32,000 bases of DNA. Origin: Nanopusillaceae archaeon. Lineage in GTDB: Archaea > Nanobdellota > Nanobdellia > Nanobdellales > Nanobdellaceae. Positions 20,861 to 28,584 of this stretch are shown here, one piece after another; within the stretch, counting starts at the first letter, position 1; each line of letters begins with the position of its first letter. The stretch covers positions 14,818-46,817 of the forward strand of contig JAVYNJ010000002.1 of NCBI GenBank assembly GCA_038735675.1. Reading direction: 5' to 3'. A model generated the notes under the pieces. It saw only the letters and a list, made by a program, of their open reading frames with translations. It was not told where the DNA came from and did not search any database. The position numbers and the translations under genes are program-made.

Positions 20861-22097
20861 TTAATATGTTTCTATACAAAAGATCATATATTTTTTTAAT
20901 ATCCTTCTCATCCATAAGAAGCTTATATATTTTTTTGTATCCTCCGCGCTTGCCTTCAGATATTGCTTTGCTCTCTATGAAATTTCCTAAAATCATTTCT
21001 AAGTTTCTCATATTTTTATAAACTGCAGATTTTCCTAAAGAAGAAATTGATAAACTACTTGACAATTTACAATATTCTTCATATAAATCTTCAAATGAGA
21101 CATAAATATCGTTGTTTCTGATTATTACATTTATTAGAGATAACATAAGCAATCTTTGAGTAGAATTCAAGGAAAATACTATGGATTTTATTATATCAAA
21201 GTCTATGTTTTCAAAAGCTTCATCTACATCGTCTTTATCTATTTTAGATTTGTTTTTACTATCTGCAATAAGAGCTGAGAGTCTTAAAACATTTATAGCT
21301 ACTCTTGCGTCTCCAGAGAAATATTTTGCTACTTTTGCTGATATATAATTAATAATGCTTTGATCTATTGCCCCTTCTCTAATAGCTAATTTTGCTCTAT
21401 CTTTCAAAATTTCCCTCAAAGCTTCAGCATTATAAGGTGGAAATTCAACTTTAATAAATGAAGAAAAAGAAGATTTTGTTCTTGGATCTAGATTATTTAG
21501 AAAAGTAATATTGTTAGATATTAAGATTAGAGATATCTTCGATGGTAACTCTATATCAAAATCTCTAAGTAGCAGATACAAAATATCTTCATTGTTTTTT
21601 TCGTTTATTAAGGAATCGAATTCGTCTAAAAACAGGATTAGCTTAAAATCATGATTAGAAAGATAATCAAACAAATTTTCAATCATTTCATATTTTCTTT
21701 TCCCTTTTCTAAATCTTTCATTTGTCACGTCGCTATATATTTTTCCTATTACATAATAATCTGCTTCTCTAGAGATGAGACTTTTACAATTTATATAAGA
21801 TACTTTGATATTTGCTTTTTTGCTTATAGTAATACTTTTCATTACACTTCCAATATATCTTGCTAATAAAGTTTTTCCAGTACCAGTATTTCCATAAAAA
21901 AGCATATTTACTCCTCTTCTAGATACTAGAAAATCTTTCAAAGAACTTAAAATTATTTTTAATTGATCTTCTCTATGTAATATTTTTTCTGGTAAAAAAT
22001 CTTCACCTAAAACTCTGTCATTTGCAATAATAGACGATTTCTTTTCTACAAAACCAATATCTCTTACAAAAAAGTCTATTATGCTAGTTTTGTTCAT
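20853..22097 (-). CDS. cdc6: Orc1/Cdc6 replication initiator
   Basis: AAA+ Walker A YGNTGTGKT and Walker B FLDEFD, with a C-terminal winged-helix-like region. 414 aa. Confidence 0.9.
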   Translation of the reverse strand: MNKTSIIDFFVRDIGFVEKKSSIIANDRVLGEDFLPEKILHREDQLKIILSSLKDFLVSRRGVNMLFYGNTGTGKTLLARYIGSVMKSITISKKANIKVSYINCKSLISREADYYVIGKIYSDVTNERFRKGKRKYEMIENLFDYLSNHDFKLILFLDEFDSLINEKNNEDILYLLLRDFDIELPSKISLILISNNITFLNNLDPRTKSSFSSFIKVEFPPYNAEALREILKDRAKLAIREGAIDQSIINYISAKVAKYFSGDARVAINVLRLSALIADSKNKSKIDKDDVDEAFENIDFDIIKSIVFSLNSTQRLLMLSLINVIIRNNDIYVSFEDLYEEYCKLSSSLSISSLGKSAVYKNMRNLEMILGNFIESKAISEGKRGGYKKIYKLLMDEKDIKKIYDLLYRNILNA

Positions 22098-22471
22098 TTT
22101 ATTATTATGTTAGAAAATATTAAAAATCTAAACTTTTTATAAATTTTTTCTTATAGAATATTTTTACGAATTATCAATAGAAAACGAATACTTTTCCTCT
22201 TCAATACTCACTTAGCCTAAAATTTCATAATCCGTCCTTTTTTCTTTTATTTTTACTTATTTTTAGCAATGTTTATAAGTATTGATTTGCGAAAAATTTA
22301 TAAATTGATTTTTAAATTTTATCATACACATGTTTCAAAGTATAATAGAGTTTTATCTTTATATTTGAAATCTTCCATTACTACTAATTAGTAATAACAT
22401 AACAGAAAATTTTTAAGTAAATTATTATAAAATCTTTAGCGGATTATATGATCAAATCTTTACACTTTTAT
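22098..22471. other. Largest non-coding gap in the window; candidate replication origin / cdc6 upstream control region
   Basis: 374 bp with no ORF that looks convincingly coding and no GC-rich stems, so a structured thermophile RNA is unlikely. It lies immediately upstream of orc1/cdc6-polD. It contains AT palindromes (AATTTATAAATT at 22295-22306, TACTAATTAGTA at 22382-22393). I could not recognise any ORB consensus. Confidence 0.3.
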
Positions 22472-23467
22472 CTATCTCAGACTGTCTATCAATTTTTTTA
22501 TTTTCTCTATGTCAATATCATTATGTGGCTTTAAGTCAATTTTTTCAAAATTTTTTAAAATTATAAAGTTTTTAATATCCTCATAATCTCTAACTAAGAA
22601 TACTTCTTGTCTAAAACCAGTTAAATCTTTAATTTTATCTTCAGTTATGTATATTTTAGAATTGTATTTTGATATATACGAAAGAACATCGCTATTTATT
22701 ATATCTACAAAAACAATTGGAGATCTTAAGTTATTTTTGATTAAAAAAGAAATTTTAGGTATTATATCGCTATTTTTTTCTATTTTATTTACTAATATCT
22801 TAGAGAGCGTATTATAATCTTTTATTAGAGATATATATTTCTTCAAGTATTTATTCAGCAAATTAATATTATTTTTTTCATCTTTTTTTTCTTCTTTTAG
22901 ATCTATCGAAAAATCTTCTGGTTTACTTTTTTCATAAATTCTTTTTTTCCTTATTCTTTTCTTTTTGGTATCTAATTCTTCTTTTTCAGATTCTTTTATT
23001 GTTTCTAAAGCTGCAAAAGGTTCTAATTTTCTGTTTTTAAAACTTTTTCTAAGAATTTCTATATATTCTTTATAGTCATTTGATATTTTTTTAGCTTTTC
23101 TAAAAAGATCTTTATTTTCAGTTAGAGCAAAATATGCCGATATATATGCATCGATTTCATGATTATCTTTCAATATCTCTTTTAATTTTTCGTTAGTATA
23201 AAACTTCTTCTTTTTATCCAAAGGTATATCTTTTTTAGGATAATAGATACCCAGATTTAACTTAGAAGCTATTTCTATTATTTTTTTAGGTATTTTATGT
23301 TTATCAGTAGATATTAAAACTACCCCTTCTATATTCTTTATTGTTTCAACTATTTTTTCTGTAGAAATGTTTTTTCCACTGAAATGAAAATCTATATTTC
23401 CATCTTCATCAATTGAAACAATTCCGATTGTAGTTCCTGGATCTATTCCAACAATTTTAGCTTTAAT
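22472..23467 (-). CDS. DUF460/COG2433-like predicted RNase-H-fold (RuvC/YqgF-like) nuclease; start codon unresolved
   Basis: The track begins at a TTG (23221), but the frame stays open to 23467. That upstream part encodes (I)KAKIVGIDPGTTIGIVSIDEDGNIDF...VVLISTDKHKIPKKIIEIASKLN...NHEIDAYISAYFAL, which is the conserved N-terminal pattern of this family. Confidence 0.55.
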   Translation of the reverse strand: MKAKIVGIDPGTTIGIVSIDEDGNIDFHFSGKNISTEKIVETIKNIEGVVLISTDKHKIPKKIIEIASKLNLGIYYPKKDIPLDKKKKFYTNEKLKEILKDNHEIDAYISAYFALTENKDLFRKAKKISNDYKEYIEILRKSFKNRKLEPFAALETIKESEKEELDTKKKRIRKKRIYEKSKPEDFSIDLKEEKKDEKNNINLLNKYLKKYISLIKDYNTLSKILVNKIEKNSDIIPKISFLIKNNLRSPIVFVDIINSDVLSYISKYNSKIYITEDKIKDLTGFRQEVFLVRDYEDIKNFIILKNFEKIDLKPHNDIDIEKIKKLIDSLR

Positions 23468-23520
23468 TTAGATATATTGCTATATAATCTTTTAAATATT
23501 TTTTGACTAAAAAATAAAAA

Positions 23521-23880
23521 ATGCCCAACAGTTGGATCTACTTGGTGGAACTACAAAATAATAAACCAGGAACACTTGCAAAAATAATAAAAAATAATGC
23601 TCCAAAATATGTTAAAGAACAGATAAAAAGATTAATAAAGGAAGGCAAAATAAAAAATATTAGTGATTTATCTAGAATTATATCCGAAAAAGGAGATATA
23701 AATATAGTTTTTAGAGAATTAGGTATAGAAAATAAAGAAAGAAGATTTGGAAAAGGAAGTGTAAGATGTATAATATGCGGATCTCATGATAGAGTAATTA
23801 GAAGGTATAACATATATATATGTGGTAGATGCTTTAGAGAATGGTCAAAAATTTTTGGATTTGAAGTTAAGGGAGAATAA
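23521..23880 (+). CDS. rps14: 30S ribosomal protein S14 (uS14, zinc type) with a ~66-aa N-terminal extension
   Basis: The C-terminal 52 aa (KERRFGKGSVRCIICGSHDRVIRRYNIYICGRCFREWSKIFGFEV) are a complete archaeal uS14. The only in-frame canonical start (ATG, GTG or TTG) is the ATG at 23521. It is followed by uS8, as in the spc cluster. Confidence 0.8.
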   Translation: MPNSWIYLVELQNNKPGTLAKIIKNNAPKYVKEQIKRLIKEGKIKNISDLSRIISEKGDINIVFRELGIENKERRFGKGSVRCIICGSHDRVIRRYNIYICGRCFREWSKIFGFEVKGE

Positions 23881-23882
23881 AA

Positions 23883-24269
23883 ATGGTGGATATAGTAAAT
23901 GATTTTTTTGCACATGCAACGAATTGCGTAAATGTAGGAAAATTTGAAGTAAGTTTTTCCCCAATAAATAAACTATTAATAAATATTTTAGAAAAACTAA
24001 AGCAATATGGATATGTTATAGAATATGAGATTGTTTCAAAAGAAAAGGGTGGAAAGGTCAGAGTAGTATTTTCTGAAAATTTTAATAAAGGAAACTCCAT
24101 AAAACCAAACTTTCCAGTTAGTTATAAAGAATTTGAAAAATATGAGAAAAGATATTTACCAGCCAGAAATTTTGGAATATTACTAGTTTCAACGGATAAG
24201 GGAATTAAAACTAATGAAGAATGTAAAAAAGAAAAAATTGGAGGAGTTTTAATAGCTTATGTATATTAG
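23883..24269 (+). CDS. rps8: 30S ribosomal protein S8 (uS8)
   Basis: 128 aa. Motifs LEKLKQYGYVIEYEIV and the C-terminal GILLVSTDKGIKTNEECKKEKIGGVLIAYVY. Confidence 0.9.
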   Translation: MVDIVNDFFAHATNCVNVGKFEVSFSPINKLLINILEKLKQYGYVIEYEIVSKEKGGKVRVVFSENFNKGNSIKPNFPVSYKEFEKYEKRYLPARNFGILLVSTDKGIKTNEECKKEKIGGVLIAYVY

Positions 24270-24511
24270 AGCTTTTTTAGACTATCTTCCAACTTATTTT
24301 TTAGCTCATTTTCCTTAATTTTATCAGATATTCTCAATATTTCTGATTCTAAATAGGATAATTTTCGATATATTATGGCTATAGCCGTCCAAATTTGAGC
24401 TGTTGCAGGATCTTCAGCTTTCAAATAAGCATTTTTATGTTCTTCGACTTCTTTTAATAAAGTATTTAAAAAATCTCTTATAACTGGATCTAGATCCTTT
24501 TTCCAACTCAT
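24266..24511 (-). CDS. Hypothetical 81-aa helical protein, translationally coupled to uL18
   Basis: The ORF overlaps the uL18 stop by 4 nt. I recognise no family. Confidence 0.4.
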   Translation of the reverse strand: MSWKKDLDPVIRDFLNTLLKEVEEHKNAYLKAEDPATAQIWTAIAIIYRKLSYLESEILRISDKIKENELKNKLEDSLKKL

Positions 24512-25104
24512 TTTTTATATTCCATTAAAATTTTGTCTTTTGTTTCTTTAAAGTACTTTGTAAATTCTTCAGGTTTTAATCCTAGTTTTATATAATTGCT
24601 AAATTGATTTTTATACTTATTTGGATCATTTCTTAACAGGTATTTTGCATAATCTTCAATATGTTTGCCTTCTATTCTATCATTTGATGGAATTTTATCT
24701 GGCGAATGTGGTACTTCTAAACCGGCATCTAATAATCCTTTTAGAACTGCGAAAACTGATGCTCCTTTGGTAGGAGAGTGCCTACCTATATCTAATATGA
24801 CTTTTTTGTATCCTCTCTTTAAGGCTTCAAATCCAGCAATTAATCCCGTAAGATAAGCAGTTGGTATATTACCTCTATGTCCTAGCCATTTATATTTCTT
24901 ATACAAATGTTTTGAATGTATAGTAAATATTGTTCTATCTCCATTCTCGTCATATTCTACTAAATGAACTGTAAAATTCCATATACCCTTTCTAACGACA
25001 ATTCTGGGTAAATTAGATTTTAATAATCTTAATCTTTTTCTATAATCTGTTTTTCCCTCCCTTCTTCTTCTATATCGTACAGAATATCTAGGACCATGAG
25101 CCAT
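24508..25104 (-). CDS. rpl18: 50S ribosomal protein L18 (uL18/L5e)
   Basis: N-terminus MAHGPRYSVRYRRRREGKTDYRKRLRLL. 198 aa. Confidence 0.92.
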   Translation of the reverse strand: MAHGPRYSVRYRRRREGKTDYRKRLRLLKSNLPRIVVRKGIWNFTVHLVEYDENGDRTIFTIHSKHLYKKYKWLGHRGNIPTAYLTGLIAGFEALKRGYKKVILDIGRHSPTKGASVFAVLKGLLDAGLEVPHSPDKIPSNDRIEGKHIEDYAKYLLRNDPNKYKNQFSNYIKLGLKPEEFTKYFKETKDKILMEYKK

Positions 25105-25146
25105 TCAAATTATTAAAAATAAAAATATTTAAGAAATTAAATTAAT

Positions 25147-25785
25147 ATGCAATCATTGAGCAGATGTAATAAAAGTTTAGAAGATATTCTGAATGAAATT
25201 ATAGTTCAAAAAATTGCTGTGGGACACATAAATTTTAAAGAGCATTTAGATATATCTGCGTCAACACTTTCAACTATTTTATATTTTTTGGAAACAAGAG
25301 ATTTAGAATCGTTTAATTTATATTTCTTGAGAAATTTTAAATTTGAAAATGAGAAACTATTCAAAAAAGTAATTCCAGAAAATATTTGTAAAATGCTATA
25401 TTGTAGAATTAATGATCAAGTTTTTTTAAAAGATTTATATATCGAGAATTTTGGATATATAAAAATTTTTGCTAAACCGGATGCTTTTTTTGGCGATCTT
25501 CCCATAGAAATTAAAAGTATATCTCTAAAGATGTTAAATGGCGGAAAATACAAATTTTTAGAGAGATACGGAAGATATCAAGCAGAAATGTATGGTTATA
25601 TTCTAAATAAAGATACGGCATATCTTATAATGATTATATATAATAATAATCTAAAAATTATTAATTATAAAGTTATAAAAATTGATCTAAACTTAGAGAA
25701 AATAAATAAAAGAGTTGTAGATGCCCTTAAAGATGTTGTTTTGCCTATGTTAAAAAAAATTCATTTCGCCGCGGGCGGGATTTGA
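25147..25785 (+). CDS. Putative HTH plus PD-(D/E)XK (RecB/Cas4-like) nuclease-fold protein
   Basis: HTH-like LDISASTLSTILYFLETRDL. Nuclease-like motifs are D-x11-E-x-K (PDAFFGDLPIEIKS) and a following QxxxY (YQAEMYGYIL). There is no Cas4-type cysteine cluster. The last 19 nt overlap tRNA-Ser on the other strand. Confidence 0.4.
   Translation: MQSLSRCNKSLEDILNEIIVQKIAVGHINFKEHLDISASTLSTILYFLETRDLESFNLYFLRNFKFENEKLFKKVIPENICKMLYCRINDQVFLKDLYIENFGYIKIFAKPDAFFGDLPIEIKSISLKMLNGGKYKFLERYGRYQAEMYGYILNKDTAYLIMIIYNNNLKIINYKVIKIDLNLEKINKRVVDALKDVVLPMLKKIHFAAGGI
25752..25759 (-). terminator. Oligo-T (T8) tract 8-15 nt past the tRNA-Ser 3' end
   Basis: The minus strand reads ...G AAATGAA TTTTTTTT. Archaeal terminators are oligo-T runs. 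The tract is embedded in the opposite-strand CDS. Confidence 0.4.
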
Positions 25786-25850
25786 ACCCGCGCCCCCTTT
25801 CGGGGAAAGGATTAGCAATCCCTCCCCTTGGGCCGCTCGGGCACCGCGGC
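25767..25850 (-). tRNA. tRNA-Ser (anticodon GCU), class II, no intron, no encoded CCA
   Basis: Minus strand reads GCCGCGGTGCCCGAGCGGCCCAAGGGGAGGGATTGCTAATCCTTTCCCCGAAAGGGGGCGCGGGTTCAAATCCCGCCCGCGGCG. It has an anticodon loop TTGCTAA, a variable-arm hairpin CCCC-GAAA-GGGG, the T-arm GCGGG-TTCAAAT-CCCGC and discriminator G73. Confidence 0.93.
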
Positions 25851-25867
25851 ATAATTTTATAATCAAT

Positions 25868-26914
25868 TTAACATTTTTTAAAAAAATCTGTTATTGATTT
25901 TTGGCTTCCCTGTTTATAAGCTTTTTTTAATTCTTCTAAACTTTTTCTAACTCTTTCTTCGTTAAAGTCATGTTCCTCTACAAGTAATTTAATTACTTTT
26001 TCTTCTTCTGGTTCTTTCCACTTTATTTCTTTTATTTCTATACAAGGAGGATTTAAAAAAAATTCATATAACTCTCTCCAATCAATATTATTGTAATATC
26101 TCTCCCATCCAACATATTTAAATAATTTTTCTGGATCTTCGGTATTTTTTATCAATTCATATGCAGTTTTTAATCCTATTCCTGGAATTCCTTCTGGATT
26201 ATAATCTGTTCCAATTATTAATGCTAACCATATTAATTTTTCTCTATCTATTTTTAGACAGTCCAATATTTGTTTTAATTCTAATATCTCCGGGTTTATA
26301 TCTACCTCCACACCTCTTATTTTTCTTTTTCCAGTTATTACAAGATTTCTTACTGCTCTTTTAGCTCCAAAAATAAGTATATCATAATCTTGAGTAGAAG
26401 CAAAATCAACAATTCCATCATTTACTAATTTGGTTAATTGTGCATCTGCTTCAGAGGGAGCTTGAATATAGGGTATTCCCATTGCTTCCAATAATTTTTT
26501 CGATTCTTCAATAATTTCTGGGGTTAATCTAGCAGTTCCAACTGAATATTTTTTCATTTCAGATTTAATGCCCAATTCAATAGCTTTTTTATATTTTTCT
26601 TCCAATTTTCTTTTATTTTCTTCTCTAATTTCAATTTCTTTTTTCTTAAATTCTGGATTTTTTCCATCAAATACGTAAACTGGTTTTATTCCATTTTCTA
26701 AAAGTTTTTTAGTTCTATAAAATAATCCAGAAAGATGTGATGTGATTCTACCTTTACTATCCATCAAAGGAGTACCATCTTCCTGTCTTATTGCTGTTAA
26801 AAATTGATATATAGCATTAAAGGCATCAATTGCAATTATTTTTCCGGAAAAATAAGAAATTTCTGTTTCTTTTATACAACCTTCTAATAAATTTCTAATT
26901 TCTGCAAGTCCCAT
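25868..26914 (-). CDS. fen: Flap endonuclease FEN1
   Basis: Motifs IAIDAFNAIYQFL, SHLSGLFYRT, KPVYVFDG, QAPSEADAQ and an H3TH region (GTDYNPEGIPGIGLKTA). 348 aa. Confidence 0.95.
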   Translation of the reverse strand: MGLAEIRNLLEGCIKETEISYFSGKIIAIDAFNAIYQFLTAIRQEDGTPLMDSKGRITSHLSGLFYRTKKLLENGIKPVYVFDGKNPEFKKKEIEIREENKRKLEEKYKKAIELGIKSEMKKYSVGTARLTPEIIEESKKLLEAMGIPYIQAPSEADAQLTKLVNDGIVDFASTQDYDILIFGAKRAVRNLVITGKRKIRGVEVDINPEILELKQILDCLKIDREKLIWLALIIGTDYNPEGIPGIGLKTAYELIKNTEDPEKLFKYVGWERYYNNIDWRELYEFFLNPPCIEIKEIKWKEPEEEKVIKLLVEEHDFNEERVRKSLEELKKAYKQGSQKSITDFFKKC

Positions 26915-26954
26915 TAAGTAAAGATTTAATATATATTTAAATTTTATTATTAGT

Positions 26955-27194
26955 ATGGGAATTTTAGATAAAATATTTGGTAAGAAAAAAGAAAAAGAGG
27001 AAATAAAAAAAGAAGAAAAAGTAGAAGAGAAAAAATCCTTAGAAGTTTGTGCCGTTTGTAATCAACCAATTCACGAAAATGAAGAATACAAAACACTATA
27101 TATACAAGGAAAAAAATATTTAGTACATGTTAAATGTTTTAGAAAAGCTAAAAAAATGGCTAAAAAATACTTGGGGGGAAATATAAAAATTTAG
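26955..27194 (+). CDS. Hypothetical small Lys/Glu-rich protein with a CxxC...HxxC putative metal site
   Basis: 79 aa with CAVCNQPIH...VHVKCF. The stop codon abuts the tRNA-Leu(CAA) 3' end on the other strand. Confidence 0.35.
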   Translation: MGILDKIFGKKKEKEEIKKEEKVEEKKSLEVCAVCNQPIHENEEYKTLYIQGKKYLVHVKCFRKAKKMAKKYLGGNIKI

Positions 27195-27279
27195 TGCGGG
27201 GGAGGGGATTTGAACCCCTGGTGAGCCTAAGCCCATCGGGTCTTGAGCCCGACCCCTTTGACCTCTCGGGCACCCCCGC
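27195..27279 (-). tRNA. tRNA-Leu (anticodon CAA), class II, no intron, no encoded CCA
   Basis: Minus strand reads GCGGGGGTGCCCGAGAGGTCAAAGGGGTCGGGCTCAAGACCCGATGGGCTTAGGCTCACCAGGGGTTCAAATCCCCTCCCCCGCA. The anticodon loop is CTCAAGA. The first 32 nt are identical to tRNA-Leu(UAG). Confidence 0.95.
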
Positions 27280-27305
27280 TATGAAAAATAAGATTGGCTT
27301 TAAAC

Positions 27306-27313
27306 TATAAAAA
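27306..27313 (-). promoter_or_regulatory. TATA-box-like TTTTTATA, 27-34 nt upstream of the tRNA-Leu(CAA) 5' end
   Basis: It lies in the 48-bp divergent gap between the tRNA and apgM. The spacing would give a leaderless or near-leaderless tRNA transcript. Confidence 0.35.
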
Positions 27314-27327
27314 TATGTTAATATCTA

Positions 27328-28584
27328 ATGGTAAATAAAAAAGCACTTTTCATAATTTTAGATGGATTAGGAGATCATGTGATAAAAGATCTTGGAAATA
27401 AAACTCCTCTTGAAGCTGCTGAAAAACCGAATATAGATAAAATAGCTAGATATTCTGATTGCGGTTTAGTTAATATATTATCTGAAGGAGAAATTCCTGG
27501 AAGTGATACAGGTCATTTATCTCTTTTTGGATACGATCTTTCTTTATATCCTGGTAGGGGGGTATTGGAAGCCTTGGGTAGTGAGATAAAATTAAATCTT
27601 AATTTAAAAATAGAGGAAGGTGATATAGCATTTAGAATAAATTTTTCTACAGTTTTAAACAACATAGTTATAGATAGAAGGATTGGAAGAAATGATTACG
27701 GATTGGATATTATTTTAAATGATTTTAGAAATAAGTTAGAAGAATTAGAAAGAGAATACAACGTAAAAATAAATATTTTGCATACTGTAGAACATAGGGG
27801 AGTATTAATAATAAAAGGATTGGAAGGTTATAATGTTACTTCTAATGATTTGCACATGGATTCTTATTTAATTCCAAAAATAATGGCTTTAGATAAAAAG
27901 TCTGAGATTACAGCAGAGCTTTTAAATAAATTGATTGAGGAATTCAATAAATTCTCTAACGAGCATTATGTAAATAAGGAAAGAAAAGAAAAAAACTTAC
28001 CCTTAGTGAATTATTTACTACTTAGAGGAGCATCTATTTATAAAGAGTTGGAAAGAGATAAAAAATTTGAGAAGAAATATGGTTTAAAAGCATTATTTAT
28101 TGCCGGAGGGGCTTTATATCTTGGAGTAGCAAGATATTTTGGAATGGATGCTTTAAAACCAATTGGAGCTACAGCTACTGTAGAAACATCTCTATTTTCT
28201 AAAGCGGAAGCGGTATTAAAAAATAAAGATAAGTATGATATTATTTTTTCGCATATAAAGGCTACAGATTCTTTATCTCACGATAAAAATCCAAAGGAAA
28301 AGAAAAAATTCATAGAAAGAATCGATAGGGACTTTTTTGCTAAAGTAAAAGAGGATTTTGATGTTATAATCTTGACAGGAGATCACTCAACATCAAGTAT
28401 TTTAGGAAGACATGTATCCGATCCAGTACCCATAATGATATATTCTGATAATAATAGATGGGGTCTTGTAAAAAAATTTGGGGAAAGATCATGTAGAAAA
28501 GGAAGTTTGGGCTTTTTAAATGGAAAAAATGTAATGAAAATAATTTTGGATAAATTAGATAAAGGTATTATTGTTGGTGAGTAG
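27328..28584 (+). CDS. apgM: Archaeal-type cofactor-independent phosphoglycerate mutase (ApgM family)
   Basis: Motifs LFIILDGLGD, PGSDTGHLSLFGYD and ILTGDHSTSS. 418 aa. Confidence 0.85.
   Translation: MVNKKALFIILDGLGDHVIKDLGNKTPLEAAEKPNIDKIARYSDCGLVNILSEGEIPGSDTGHLSLFGYDLSLYPGRGVLEALGSEIKLNLNLKIEEGDIAFRINFSTVLNNIVIDRRIGRNDYGLDIILNDFRNKLEELEREYNVKINILHTVEHRGVLIIKGLEGYNVTSNDLHMDSYLIPKIMALDKKSEITAELLNKLIEEFNKFSNEHYVNKERKEKNLPLVNYLLLRGASIYKELERDKKFEKKYGLKALFIAGGALYLGVARYFGMDALKPIGATATVETSLFSKAEAVLKNKDKYDIIFSHIKATDSLSHDKNPKEKKKFIERIDRDFFAKVKEDFDVIILTGDHSTSSILGRHVSDPVPIMIYSDNNRWGLVKKFGERSCRKGSLGFLNGKNVMKIILDKLDKGIIVGE

Noticed and set aside
22269-22397. A 42-codon ATG-initiated ORF (MFISIDLRKIYKLIFKFYHTHVSKYNRVLSLYLKSSITTN) inside the large intergenic gap.
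   Set aside because: It has no recognisable motif and its composition is indistinguishable from translated AT-rich non-coding DNA. I treat it as chance, although I cannot exclude a micro-protein.
22227-22447. An 8-bp inverted pair (ATAATCCG / CGGATTAT) and AT palindromes, considered as possible ORB elements.
   Set aside because: By rough estimate, several 8-bp inverted matches are expected by chance in 374 bp of this composition. Neither resembles the ORB cores I know. They are kept only as a weak note under the origin hypothesis.
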